A stretch of 64,000 nt of DNA from Spongospora subterranea f. sp. subterranea (taxonomy: Eukaryota), in NCBI GenBank assembly GCA_049724395.1, contig JAUGWO010000012.1, positions 1-64,000 of the forward strand, given 5' to 3'. Below the pieces are notes generated by a model. It was not told the origin of the DNA, did no database searches, and worked only from the letters and a program-made list of their open reading frames with translations. Made by a program: the position numbers and the translations under genes. This document shows, piece after piece, positions 12,540 to 25,599 of this stretch. Positions within the stretch are counted from its first letter, which is position 1. Each line of letters opens with the position of its first letter.

Positions 12540-12659
12540 ATTATATACAGAACGATTCTGGAACGAAAATGCGATGCAGAATCTTCTGGATAAAGTAACG
12601 ATTATATACCGAACGATTCCGGAACGAAAATGACCGATGCAAAATCTTCTGGATAAAGT
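12540..12659. repeat. Two-copy ~61-bp direct tandem duplication
   Basis: ATTATATAC.GAACGATTC.GGAACGAAAATG..CGATGCA.AATCTTCTGGATAAAGT occurs at 12540 and 12601. Confidence 0.9.
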
Positions 12660-12765
12660 CCATTGCCCAGGGGTGAATGTCAAACGAAGTTTTATTTGCA
12701 ATTTGAGTTTGCATTCGAATCGTCGCCGATTGACTCGCTCGCTTTTTTCCAGACACCGTTCGACA

Positions 12766-13158
12766 ATGAACTTGAAAGTTTCCATCGCCCTTGTGATTCT
12801 CGTTGGAGCATGCATGATTCAGGCAGCGGAAATCAACGACGTCCGATGCACATCGCCCGGCACATTGATCGATCGCCACCAGATTAACACAGCCATTCTG
12901 AACATCTGCGGTGGAATTGCTGGCGCAATCACCAAATGCCAAGGCAATCCCAGGACGACCGTGGGCCTATTTGAGACGGCGCGATTTGATCTGAGGCCCA
13001 TCGAGGATTGTCAGACCATCAATGTGTCCAAGGGTCGCTTTGAACGCGGCGTCCGGGCAGCACTCGATCAGTGCGGCAACGCCCCGTTCACAGGTGTGAT
13101 CCCGCTAGGCACTTCGAACGGTGACTTGATGGTCGAATTGACGAAAGTTCAACCATAA
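12766..13158 (+). CDS. Small secreted Cys-containing protein (candidate effector), 130 aa
   Basis: Intact intronless ORF with GC-rich codon usage. N-terminus MNLKVSIALVILVGACMIQA looks like a signal peptide. The mature part has 5 Cys. Confidence 0.8.
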   Translation: MNLKVSIALVILVGACMIQAAEINDVRCTSPGTLIDRHQINTAILNICGGIAGAITKCQGNPRTTVGLFETARFDLRPIEDCQTINVSKGRFERGVRAALDQCGNAPFTGVIPLGTSNGDLMVELTKVQP

Positions 13159-13799
13159 CCAGGGCATTGCCATTCGTTCTCGCGGACCTGCAAATCGCGA
13201 ATCAAAACACAGCCGATTGTCCAACAGGAACATGAAATACAAGGGGAGAATGATCCGCTATACAGTCTCATTGCGATTAGTTCATGACACCTGTCGTCAC
13301 AACAGAATTGATGAAGAGTGACCTTGACACAGTGGTATATCGTGAACAGCTCGGCCGCAAGCAAGCTTGCCAAGCATACTCAAAACACACGATTGGAGCC
13401 CTTCTCTGGCCACTCTGCCGGTCGACAATATTTGTCATATGAGGTTTGAACCCAGTTCCGACTTAATAGGAGTTATTATCACAACAATGCTACTTGTAGC
13501 CGATAGCAGTTACCAGATTGATAGAATCCCTTTGCAGAATCCAAATCAAATCCACGACATTCTCTGTGAACATACGGTGACTATCCAATTTCTGGATTCG
13601 GGACAGCACACAATCGCCCCTGGTGGCCTTGGCCCTTTGTCTGTCGAGAACTGGGTCTGCGCTTGCAGCACTGTGCTTATTCCTTTCGAGCTTGATCCTG
13701 GCGCATCGTCATCCTGACTCAACGGATGAAAAAGGTAATCGTCCCTGAACCTACGATTGAGAAGAGACCCTCGATAAGTCGAAAATGGACTTACAAAGG

Positions 13800-15260
13800 G
13801 ACGTCCTTACCTTGAAACCAGGTCTCGCAAGGGTTGACTGGTCAGAAGACTTTATGGTCAATGGTCAACCAACCCTGGTTGTCATTGCATCTATAACAAG
13901 CATCATGTCGGGTATGAAGCAGGTAGAGTAAGCTCTCCGCTGCTGTTCTATTGCCCATTGTTGCTTCTTCCTTCCTGACCTGGCATTGATCTAAGGCTGT
14001 CTTAAGCTCCATGTCTTTACTTACTGCAACAGCTGCTGTGGCTTCTTATTTGCAGTTTTTTTAAAAATTACTCAACATGCTTTCTCTTGAGTGATGAAAA
14101 CCTATTTGTCCTTATCGAAGACCAGATTTTGCCCAACATGGTCCAAATACTCGTTTTAAATAATTGGTTGCCCAGCTCTGCCTTTGTCAGACTGAACTTT
14201 CTGTGATCAAAGAACACCAGGTCGTCAACATACAGCCGGGGCATTATGACTGAATATTCACCACTTCCCCCCGATGTACAGGAAGGATGTTACCAAGACT
14301 TTCGTCAATAAAACTTTGTCGCAAATAACATCCTCGATTAGATTTTTGCCACACGTTTGGCGCTTGTTTCCAAACGTACACTGACGTCAGCAACTTGAAC
14401 GAATTACTAATGCTTCGGTGTCTGCACGTATATTATCTCCCTAGGGCGCCATTTGAAAGTTCAGTTACGACATCCATCTGATCAACTTCAGAATTGTCAC
14501 TGACGGCTGATAAAGAAAGAGCCCCGATCGTGAAATATCACCTCGAACATCGGGTGTATTAGTATTATGGTAATATACTTCCTTGCGCTGACTGAATCCT
14601 TGTACTCATCATGCCTTGATCTGGATTAATTGCCCACTGGTTTCATTACTGACCTTGAATATAGCCCTCGACATACAATCACTTTCGCCCTATTTGGTAA
14701 TTCCATCCTCTCGTCCCACGCCTTATGTCAATTCCAACTCGTATTGATTGCCTGCAGCCAATGCGTCTTCATTGTTGATTGCCTCTTCGCAAAATTGAGG
14801 TTCGCAGACGTCGTAATTTGTTGTAACCAATTATGATGAGCCAGATATCCATATCACTCAGGTTGATTGCAAATCCCTTTGTCAATTGATGACAATCGTT
14901 TTCATTGGTCGGTTTGTCCTTTTTTATGATTGATAGCACTTTCGTCCTCAATGTGTTCATTGCTATCAGTGTCATCACGATGTAGATTCTTATTATCATC
15001 ATCACTACTATCAGCTTCAGCTTCTTCCAGTTGGTACTGTAATCTTCATCTCGCCCCTGATCAGGAATATCGTCATCCTGTCAGTTCTTTTCTGAGATTG
15101 AATAACGAACCCAGTTTCTTCCGAAATCCCATCGCGACGAACTGTGATCTTGCTGTACCATTTTCCACCATGAACGATGTTATTCCGCAAACAAAAACTT
15201 TACGATTAGTGTCTTCTCTTCATCACGATTAGTGCACAAAGCAAGTAGAAGCGCCATATA
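13800..15260 (-). mobile_element. Ty1/Copia remnant (integrase C-terminus and RT fragments)
   Basis: MDVVTELSNGALG..IIYVQTP (~14420-14480) and LYVDDLVF (~14213-14236) on the minus strand. Heavily decayed; ends approximate. Confidence 0.7.
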
Positions 15261-15339
15261 TGACATGTCCCTTTTTGTTTGAGGATCGTCCTACAAAATT
15301 TGATTTCTTAAACTTGGCCTTGGCCACAAGATAAAGAGG

Positions 15340-16620
15340 ATATCTGCTGATCAGTATACAACAGCATGATGAGCAAGGAAAGCTGTGCCCGGTCGCGTAC
15401 TGCTCTCGCTTATTGATTCCTGCCGAGAAGAACTACAGTGTGCCGGGGCTGGAGTCGCTGGCGATTGTTTTCGCCCCTCACCAAGTTTCGACACTACGTT
15501 CATGACGCTCATTTCACCGTCGAAACCGATCAACGATCTCAGTTATGGCTTCAGACAGCGACTCATCCGTCACGTCTTGTCCGATGGGCTCTGCTTCTTT
15601 CCGATTATTATGTTGACATTGTCTATTTCAAAGGGATCCACGATTTTCGCTGCAGATGCACTATCGCGACAATCATTGCCGGTTGATTCCAACAATTCTG
15701 TTAGCAAATGGTCTCATGAATGATCTCGGGGAGGGGATGCAGAGCAAGCAGGTCGATCATCCCGATGATCAGGATGATCCCACTATTAATGAGTTCGAGC
15801 TGAACAGCGATATTCAGTGTCAAATCCAGGACGAGTTGGTCAATGAACTGCGAGGTCTATTGTTGAATAAGCCGGGAAGCTATCGAGGGAATATCGGAGT
15901 CAGGCGTCGTTATGGTGGATAACATGATGTTCGTACCGTTAAACCTCCGACCAAAGGTTTGAGCCGATTTCATTCTTCACACTCAATCCTTGGCGATCAG
16001 GGACGAGATCGTATGGTCCCACTCATCTCCAAGTGGTATTTCTGGATTGGGATAACACATGATGTTATCGGGTGAATTCGAGCCTGTAAGAAGTGGAGCC
16101 TCATGTGCAGAACCATTATTGATTACGAGTTTCCATGGTCACGAGTCACCCATTGATGTAATGGCGCTGGATTTAGTTGGACCGGACCACTACCTATAAC
16201 GGCAGCAGGGAACAAGTACTTACTAACGATGATGGATGTTGATAACAACTGGGCAGAGGCGATTGTTGTTCCTGACCAGTCGGCCATCACGTTAGCGAGA
16301 ACGTTCTTGAGGGGTTCATCAGTGTGTTTGGAGTGTCCAAGACGAACTCTTACTGACCAGGGAAAGATATTTATGTCGAAAGTTTTTGCAGAATCGACCA
16401 AACTGCTTGGGATACATCAAATGAGAACAATGGTCGCGTACACTGTCCAAATTCGAATGGTTCGTTGGAAAGAATGCACGGGTTTCTAGGGCGGAACAAT
16501 TACGTGATCTGCTGTCAAGATCGATCCAACGAAACTGGGATCAACATGTGCCCGAAATCATGTTTCCATATCGTACAGGGGTCTCAAGAAGTTTATGAGA
16601 TACTCCATTCCATTTAACAT
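15340..16620 (+). mobile_element. Ty3/Gypsy remnant (RNase H and integrase)
   Basis: LTKFRHYV....FTVETD..S..WL...RLVRWALLLSDY..ADALSR; GPLP.T..GNKYLLT.MD; TDQG..FMS; NG.LER. Confidence 0.85.
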
Positions 16621-17539
16621 TTGGACGAGATCCTATCTTACCCTCGGATCAACAGGGACAATATGCGACTCCTTATGTGTTTCCATTTTCTGTCCGCAAA
16701 CTCGCGACAATCGGTCAGAGAACACTGACAACTGGATTGGGAAGTTCAAAACTGCAACTTTAGGCACCTCCAATATCCATTTGATTCCACCAGAAACATA
16801 TTGATGTCGAGGAACAAGTTCGGTCAAGAGACGGATCATGCTCACACAACCGCCATTGCTTGAAGGCCAAACCACCCAATCAGAGACCGATTGTCGCGAA
16901 GATGTGGACAGAATCAAAACAACATAAGGTGTCCCAGGTTGTCCTGTACATGAACAATTTCTGGGCAGTAATAAATGACGGCGTCTTCGACACTGCCCCA
17001 CATGTCATGTCTCATGTTCATCACATTTGTACAAACTTGAAGCATGTTTGGGCGTAGTCCTCCTTTCCAATTGGACGGAGAATTGTTCGTAGAATCTCCA
17101 GATCTTTCGCTTCCGTGGGGCCAAAAGTACTTGTTTAACAAATATAATGTCATCTCAGTGTCCATGGTACAAGTATTGACGGCGATGAATTCCTCTCCGT
17201 TCTTGAAACTCCAACGGAGTCCGAACGTTTTCCAGTCGCTGATGCCAAAGTGTCTGGAGGCCGACCATCATTGCTATATGCGGGTTATCGCTTGGTTGTT
17301 GATGTGGCATAACGCAGCACGCCACCTTGAAGGGGCAGCTTATCATTGATCTCACTCTGTTTCACGTATCTGTACGTGTGATCCAGACATTAGGAGAAAG
17401 ATGGTCTTGGTTTTGGCGAGCAATGCTGTAAATCTCCACCGATGCGTTCATTGCGCATTAGTCGTTTGATTGATGGCAGCGGACGGTGTGTCCGGAGTAG
17501 CAATCGCTGGAAAGATGAACTCCCCACGTGCGAAATTCA

Positions 17540-18060
17540 TACCATCCAGCGTTTGATCTTTGGGAATGCCTCAACATTGGCGAGAACGCGGACCTGAAAC
17601 TCATCGATTTCAATGACAATCAACAGGGCACACACCGACAGGTAAAATTCGCGTGCCAATGGGATGGAATTAAGCCGGAATTCGCTGCACCCATTGTCAG
17701 CGTCCTTTTGAAATGAACAGTGCAACATCGATAGAAACGCTCCAAGTGGATGGCTTCATCGCTTGAAACTGTGCAGTGATTTTGCAAAGAGTTTTCGAAC
17801 CCGCTGCGCTTGGCGTCCGAAAAGTCGCACGTCATTCCTGGAAATGACTTCTCAGGGTCAGTCTCCCAAACATTGAGATAATTGGGCATTTCCAACGCTC
17901 AAAATATTACACTGAGGTGAGCAGAATAATGTAATGTCGACTTTCCCATTAGCAATGAGATCGCGAATGGAATGTTTCGATTGATAACTGGGCAAAATCC
18001 GGACGTCATGTAGTGACATTAATTGTTGGATAATGTTCTTCAAAAAAAAACGCTTGATCA
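17540..18060 (-). mobile_element. Possible Mutator-like transposase fragment
   Basis: GMTCDFSDA...GF and FYRCCTVHFKR resemble MULE D-F and CxxH motifs. Confidence 0.4.
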
Positions 18061-18329
18061 TATTAGATTGAAGTGACGACCTACCTTTTTTTTTTACGAT
18101 CTTGGATGAAGGGCGTCATCAGCACGATGTGCACGTCTTCCATTACCAAGCTGGTGCTTGCAACAATTTTAGTACCGAAAATCGCCTCGAACGCCGCCAC
18201 GCTTCCGATCGACGATACTGCCTTCTTCCGTGTCAATATCTTGTTTCTTGAATACGTCAATCGACTCAGGTCAACGAACGACGAGTGAATGTCAATGATT
18301 GCCGGTCGGGAGTACGCCATATCTGCAGG

Positions 18330-18480
18330 TTTTCGGCGCCGTCCCACGATACCAAATCGCTTGAACCTATTCATCAATGCGTCAACGACGGTTCCATGAT
18401 CGACGTTTGTGCAGGGTATGAGTTCGACGAAGTTGCTAAAGTCGTCCTTCAACACCAAAATGTAATTAAAGAGATTCCAG
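18330..18480 (-). mobile_element. Gypsy integrase core fragment
   Basis: YILVLKDDFSNFVELIPC....TVVDAL..FKRFG. Confidence 0.7.
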
Positions 18481-18499
18481 CACTTCGACAGATGTTCGC

Positions 18500-19911
18500 T
18501 AATAGACAGATAGTCGTAGTGGTTGACCAGGTATTTTTATTGGATATTCCCCTACTTTAAAGGGGTACATCTTCATGCGCGATAACGATAAACAAGTGCT
18601 TGTTCGTCGTGACATGACGTTTGACGAATCATTTGATGCAATCCTCTGCCATAGAGATGACGGCACACTCATAAAATCGTACATGGACACTAGTAGTAGT
18701 AGACTCTATTCCCTGAATGACACAGGGCAATACGAGGAAAATGAAATTTTAGAAAAATAATGGGCAATGGTCATCCCACATTTGAGACGAGGTTCGTTGC
18801 CAGGGGCTTTACCCCAACGGTATGGTCTTGATTATACCGACACTTTCTCATCCGTCTTAAATTACGGATCTATGGGGTTTATCGTGAGCCTTGCATCGAA
18901 ACGCAAATGGCCAATATCACACAGGGACGTTCGAGGGTCGTATTGAACCCACACTGCTAGAAACCATTTACATGATCCAGCGGAAGTGCTTCTTTCAACC
19001 GGGGGGGGGGGGGGGGGGGAGAATAAACCAAGCATTCCTAACATAAGCCCTAAATGGACGTAAACAAGCAGGCCGTGCATGGCAAACAACCCTGTTTAAG
19101 ACACTGAAAGACAACAATTTACAACAGTCCGTTTACGAGCCTTGTATTCAACATACAGAATGAAAGACCTCGAAAATGTAAAAACGTTCTTAGGAATCGA
19201 GATCCTACACCGAGAACCCAACTCAATCATAACTCAACGTGATCAAAGTTTACACATCCTAGAGCGCTTCAAACAAGTAAATTGTAAACCAAAACTCACA
19301 CCAGTTTCAGGTTGTGATATTACAGGCGACATCTGTGCTGAACACCTACCCAATTAGAGAAGCTCTAGGAGCACTCATGTTCATTGCGAACATGACACGA
19401 CCAGATATAGCCTACATCGTTAACCAACTGAGCCGATCCGTGTCGAAACCAACAACAAAACTCTGGAGGAATGTCCAATTTGGCGACTAATTACGGGTTA
19501 ATGTTTGGCAGGCCTGAGCTGCCGACAACAGCTTCGATGACGACGTTAATGATCGGATGTTCGGACGATATATGATATCGTCCCGATCAACCAAGCAGAA
19601 ATCTGTGTCGTTATCAACCACTTAAATCAGAATATATATGGCCCTGTTGTGATGCGGCAAATGGACCTTTGAGGATGGAAAACTTATATGAAGCAATTAT
19701 TCAGAAAACTTGTAAAACCTGTGGTTATATTCCAAGATAACCAGATTGCAGGAAATATCGAGACGAAGGTGTGGTAATGTTGGAATCGATAGGGCGTATC
19801 AGGATGTGAAGACGGTCCCTAACGTACCTAACTTACTGTTCATCGTAGGATCTGATATACTTCTGTATAACAATTACTTGTTCTTATGTTCATCTTAATC
19901 AATACCCAACA
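18500..19911 (+). mobile_element. Ty1/Copia remnant with 3' LTR (19778-19911)
   Basis: GIFIGYS...KGY...RRDMTFDE; QRYGLDYTDTFS; MKDL...KTFLGIEI; TRPDIAYIVNQLSR; KQKSVSLSTT. Ends in a 134-bp TGTTGG...CCAACA LTR. Confidence 0.8.
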
Positions 19912-21109
19912 GGTTGTTAACAAGGTCATCATTGTCGGGTCATTACATACCTAACACGTTTGGATCACGACAGTAGACCCCATCGAGCCACCTTGTCGAC
20001 AACATTGTTGTAAATCAGGCAGTATTCAGAGTGGATCGAGAAAGAATTTCATATTTCTATGGCCAGTGACAACATGGACAACATCGCCACGAAACAACAT
20101 ATATGTAAAGTTATATCCTCTGCCACGATAAAAAGGGAAACCCTCCTTTTCGAGCATTGACCAGTGAAACGCAGAACTTTTTAAATGGCCATCGTGAAAT
20201 GAGATAATTGACTGGATATAATATCTCACATTACCGTATATCATAACCCATTATGATTATTCCGACAACTCGGTTCATTGTGATTCCGTTCAACACAATA
20301 GTGTTATGTCTGTGATACCCAAATCTTCGCTAGTGCCAGATGACGATCGCTCGTTATCCGGCCACAAACTCATATGTTTGTGATAAGACCTTTCGCTATA
20401 CGTTGGTCAACAGTCTGATCCAGAACAATGGTGTGTCGTTGGAATGACCCCACTCACCACGAAACCCATTGGGACATTTGGGAAATTCCTTTTGGAACAC
20501 CATTGTCTGCAGAACATGTCGCCTTCATCGAAAACCACCTGATTTTTCATTGAGGTTTTCTCCTCTGGGATTTCTAAGAGGTTCTCCTTTGTTGTACTGT
20601 TCTTCCCATGAAATAAAATATCCACTTCGTCTTGCTTTGTTCAGGATTCGGTTCTATCCCATGTCGACAAGTCGATCTATCGTAATGTGTTTTCCCGTTT
20701 ATTCAGTAATTGGGTTTGTGTCAAACATTTTACTCTTATCCAAGGACACGATTTCCAACCCGAAGACGAATCGGTTGTTCTCTATTTGAGGTGGGATCTA
20801 TTGTCATCCCTTCCGTAGCCGACTTCAACCAATCATTAGACTCAACAGCAAAATCAAGTGACATCAATCGAACGTGATTTGCCAACCTAGTTCATAGCGG
20901 AGGGAAGATGGTGAATCCAAATATGTATCTCGGCCAATGTTGTCCAGAACTCAACGGAATTGTACGGAAAAATGACGGAATTTATAGAAATAAGTTGATA
21001 TGAATATAGGAGAATAATCCAAATACCCTCGTGAGACGACCTTCAAGTCCATCAGGTGTATTTGATTGTATCTACCTTGTTTGCTGATTCATTTCAGGGT
21101 CGACAATTA

Positions 21110-22214
21110 CTAACCTTGGGATGGCCGAGGAATATAATGACATATATCATAGTTTTTGACTGGTCCAGGACAGCAAACGCGACTGAACTTGGTGTAGAAT
21201 ATTAATTCTCCCCATCTCCGTACAAATTCCTGAACACTTCCAGCGCAATGACGATTTAAACAATTGATGACAGGACGAATGCATTTACTGATCAACGATG
21301 TTAAAGCCGGATGAGGCGATCTTTGTGATTCTGTCTTCGCAATCACGAACTGATCATACTGTTGGAGAATTTTGGAAAACGCTGGGAGGAGGTCTCGGGT
21401 TGATTTACTAGCAGGGAATGTCTTGCTGGAATATCAAATGGTAGCTCGTCCTCTCCGCAACGACTGGAAATCAAGCCCTGGCATTTCCGCATGCTGAATT
21501 GAGCATGCTCGAATCTGAAGCCCCATTTTCGAACCCACTCATTTATACTTTGGTCACAGTGATGAACAAAGCACCCCCAAATGGGTTTCGAAGACCGGGT
21601 ATAATATGATCGGTGACGATTTTTAGAGCTTCTTGTCACTGCCAATGATCGGTATTTCTCGTTAAATTTCCAGCACAATTTAAGTTTGTCTTCTGCGGTT
21701 TTTGACGTTGAAACAGCATCAATAAGAGTTTGGAGATCCAATAAACCGGAGTTTTGTCTCTGAAAGCACAAAATGTTCATCAGTTTTTCTAAACAATGCG
21801 AATGAAAAATGTTCAGGGGTTTTGACGATTTTCGTCAACTGGTAACCGCAGGTGTTATGATTTGAATCAGGACCGGGGCAGCATTTGTCTCCAAAATCAA
21901 TTGTGCTTGAAACGCGTTCCCCAACGTGTCTGGAACAGGTCCATGTCTTTGCCACAACAGTTCACAAGACATTGAAGGACGGGGATACAGATGCGCTTGA
22001 GACAATAAATCACCTTTGGACTAATACTGCGGAGCGATGTTCTGCAAGAGACCAGTTTCAAAACAAAATTCGAAATTAGGATCAGTTTTTGCAGGGTGCT
22101 GGTTGCCAGGGCAATTAGCCTAGGATGAGGAACATCGATGTTGTTTTGTCCGACCTCAACGGTATCCCCCCCCGACTTTCCGCGCAACACTATTTCCATC
22201 ATGTGTTCCGTCAT
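21110..22214 (-). pseudogene. Broken ORF with three copies of a Cys/Trp motif, function unknown
   Basis: Three ORF pieces each contain P[VI]..C+...C......[FW]..[RK]WG..F....F...C. Confidence 0.4.
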
Positions 22215-22559
22215 GGCGACACTGTTGTGAAACTCGACCTGTTCAGGATTCGTCTCCTTTCCCTAAGCAGACGATACCGTTTGTGATCATCAAATCCCAG
22301 ACAGAGCGGGGAACCAGAGTTCTGACCAGAAACACACAGAGACTATCATAGTCTTTGACCTCATCCAGGTCCCAGTTTAGGGGCGGACAAGCATTCTCAA
22401 TCCCACCAAGTACTTGGCATTACGGAAATGAACCATTTTGTGAGTTTGCTCCGGAAATCCATCCTAGTACGCCATAAGCAGATATTGGTAATCACGATTA
22501 TCGGCAATCTCTTACTGGCACGAAATTCTCACGAACGTCAACAGGCTGGTTTTTCGAAT

Positions 22560-23190
22560 TAATCGTATTTTCGATGCGGCAATCGAAAGTTTTGCCCTCT
22601 ACGCTTTCAATTGACTGTTGACCATCAATACTGATACGGGATGCATCACGGTTTGAACTCGTGTTCGGGTTCCAATCCTAAGACGAACTTAGCAAACCCA
22701 AACACAATTTGGACATGGACTGAACGGCAAAGTTTCTGGAAGAACTGTCACCAAACTGGTGGGCGTTTCTGTTATCGGGCACGAGATTCTCGAGAAAGTC
22801 TTTTGACGGCAAAATTTCCGAATCAATAGGAATTCGATTTAGATCGATAAGGCAATCGAGGTTCTCGCCCTTTTGGCTCAACTGTTGAGAATCGATACTG
22901 ATATGGGACGCGTCAATTTTCGAACCCGGACTCGAGTCCCATTCCTAAAAACGCACTTAACAAGCCGAATCTCAATATGAAGATGAACTGAACGACTACA
23001 TTCATCGAAGAACTTTCACCAAACTGTGGTCGACACGATTGATACTGGAAAAATCAAAGCGCCAACGAGGAATTGCCTTTCAGCAAATTTGACTCAATTG
23101 CCAATAAAAGTCCAATTCTAAAAAAGCACTTAACAAGCCGAATCCTATATGAAGTACTGAACGACTATATTCAGGGTCACCAAACTGATC
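22560..23190. repeat. Diverged ~275-bp direct repeat (two copies plus a partial third)
   Basis: Shared blocks ACTGTTGA.ATC.ATACTGATA.GGGA, CACTTAACAAGCCGAATC, ACTGAACG and TCACCAAACTG recur at ~22.6-22.76k, 22.88-23.03k and 23.11-23.19k. Confidence 0.7.
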
Positions 23191-24199
23191 GGGGTCTTGT
23201 CATGGGGCATTGCCAAACTCCTGCGATTGTGCGGTATTGGTGTCCTGCAAAGACCAATGTTTCCTCTCAGAATTTGGCAATTCTTTGGAGCGACATTCCG
23301 CCATTCATACCGATAAAGTCGAGGCGATTCCTGTGGCGGCATTGACCTGAACTGAGCCAAGCGGTTCGCCCCAACCATGACCAGGTTCGGTTGTCACAGA
23401 TCGAGTCGGTCTGATCGCCACCAGCAGCAATACCAACAACTTGAGGACACGCATTGGACTAATGTGATGGCGCAACAGTTGCGCGGTTCATCCATGGGCA
23501 AGGATGAGTTCAGAGTGAATGATGAGACGAACGGTTTTATGTGTCATACACCAGGGTTAAGATACCCGATTATCCTCTCCAATCTATCAAACCTTTCCTG
23601 TTGTGATTTAGTTAACATTTGATTGATCCGTTGTTCTACCACATGATCAATAACGTGTTGACTGCTTATCGAAACCAATGTCGTAGGAAAGAGGACATTC
23701 GACCTGCCATGTTTGGTTCAATCTGTTTATTGAGAGCAAATAATGGCGGGTAGTTATCTCGAAACATCTTGTTTCGTGATTAAAAACGCCCTTCAATCTT
23801 CCTAGTCAGGTCGCAAGCATCCGGAAAGATCCCATGCGCGGTCGACCTGCACAAACATTTGCTGAACGATAACACTTCATTGCTACGATTTCGCTTTACA
23901 ATTCATCCAATTGACGCTGCTGTCAAGTCACGATCGGAATACATTGTCACCAAAAGATGCCGAGACGGGATCGAACGTGTTGAGGCATTAGCCCTGGTTG
24001 GCCGCCGTTTGGCTGAGCCTTTACGACTGGCTTCAAGGATATTATAGAGAAGCGTCTGTTGCAATACACATCGGCGATCGATGACGCCTGTCACGTGAGG
24101 AGGACGAGAAACGGGGAGACGAGAACCGGAGGTTGTTATGGAAGAAGGAGGAACAAGGTCAGGCCTTGAACACCATTCCCTTTTTTTGAGATGGGTTAT

Positions 24200-24620
24200 T
24201 GGTGGCGCCTGAAGGGCTGTTGACTAAGAGTTGCTGGTTCCCAAGTTCGTTTAGATGGTTGATAACCTTGCCTGGAGTCAATGACATCTTTTACAGCAAA
24301 GAAAGGTTATGGAATTTTTTCCTAGATTAACGGGGGGGGGTGCTTCTGGATATCGATTTGGCACATTGTTTTAATAAGGTTAAAGTTCGAAACGTGGAAC
24401 ACGTCATGAATTTTCAGGCTAATTGGCAACGCGAGGCGAAAGGTCACGTCATTTTTTTTCGCCGTTATGAAAATGGGCCAATGTATGGATCCTCTAGTTT
24501 ACCAGTTCTTCTGGATGTTGGCAAATCGGTCCTTTTTAGTAGTACTTGGTCATTGACTTCGAATGCTGAACTGGGGCAAGGACGACGATCAGACGAAACG
24601 ATCAGACGAAAAAACGTAAG
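24200..24620 (-). mobile_element. Gypsy integrase C-terminus (GPY/F motif, chromodomain-like remnant)
   Basis: FEVNDQVLL....KLEDPYIGPF..., LKIHDVFHVS and a downstream TWEP. Confidence 0.7.
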
Positions 24621-24679
24621 GTTTGACATCACAATAACACCAAGTATCGCATTAATCAGCTTTCAACGAAAACACATTG

Positions 24680-24900
24680 GTTATGGCGGTGAATAGCATA
24701 TATACGACCGGTAGGTATAAATCATTGTCAGCGTCATACGCCATTGGGACAAAACGGTGCACAAATGGTTCAGGCACACAAAGAATTGTTCGATCCAGAA
24801 AGAGCGTTATCCCAGATCGTTTCAAGATTTATTGCCAGTCCTGGGTGTCGACTCTGCCTTTATTGACGCCGTCAATGACAGAACTGGTAAATGACCAAAA
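24680..24900 (-). mobile_element. MULE transposase fragment
   Basis: LFLDRTILCVPEPF....MAYDADNDLYLPVVYML, homologous at protein level to the 25.95-26.07k copy. Confidence 0.6.
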
Positions 24901-25011
24901 CAACGTCATGCGGTCACGGGAGAGAGCAAGATCATTCTCCTCAACTTCTCGCAAATCTGCTGACCGCCCTCCGATCGATGGCATGTGGGTTCGATCGTCT
25001 TCCAAAGATTG

Positions 25012-25520
25012 TTAAATTTGGTGTATCGAGGCATCTGCTTTCACTGGGTATAGAATGCTTTGATATACCGTCGTGTCCAAGTGAGTTTGTGCAAAATCTG
25101 GAATCGTCTGAGGACGACCATTGTTGTCACGAGCAGCTTCCATGATATTCAGCTTCAATAAAGCTTTGCTGTAAAGCGGGTGGCCATCGATTTTCCAGCG
25201 TTGATGCAGGTTATCTACTGCAAACAGATTTGGAGAAATACGACAAAATACAGCACAGATGCCTGGGCATGGTATCAGGCTTGAGGTGAAATCAGCCCAG
25301 TTGCACGTAGGAATTTGCCCCAAACGATCGTCGGAAAGAACGATATCGTGATAGAATCGTCCGTCGGATGACGATACTCGCCAATTGATTTCTTGACCGT
25401 TGACATCTTCCACAATGAGGAAGATCAGAAACGCGACGGTATTGTTCCTGCCAGATCGCTTCTACGTAGTCGCTCCATTTGCGGTTCTTTTGAATGAGCG
25501 TACACAGTGTCTCCAAAGAA
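25012..25520 (-). mobile_element. SWIM zinc-finger remnant of a MULE/FAR1-like transposase
   Basis: PTCNWADF.SSLIPCPGICAV...LHQRW fits a degenerate CxC..F....PCxH+.AV SWIM motif. Confidence 0.55.
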
Positions 25521-25599
25521 CGGGCGAGGTTTCAGTTTCGATAATGGATGATAACTGCAGGTTTAGCAAATTCGCGAGCATCGCGTAAGACAATTTCGT

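Noticed and set aside
16800..17500. Short ORFs between TE remnants
   Set aside because: No assignable domain; likely decayed sequence.
19001..19021. Poly-G run of about 21 nt as a G-quadruplex element
   Set aside because: It lies within a decayed Copia RT, and homopolymer length is unreliable.
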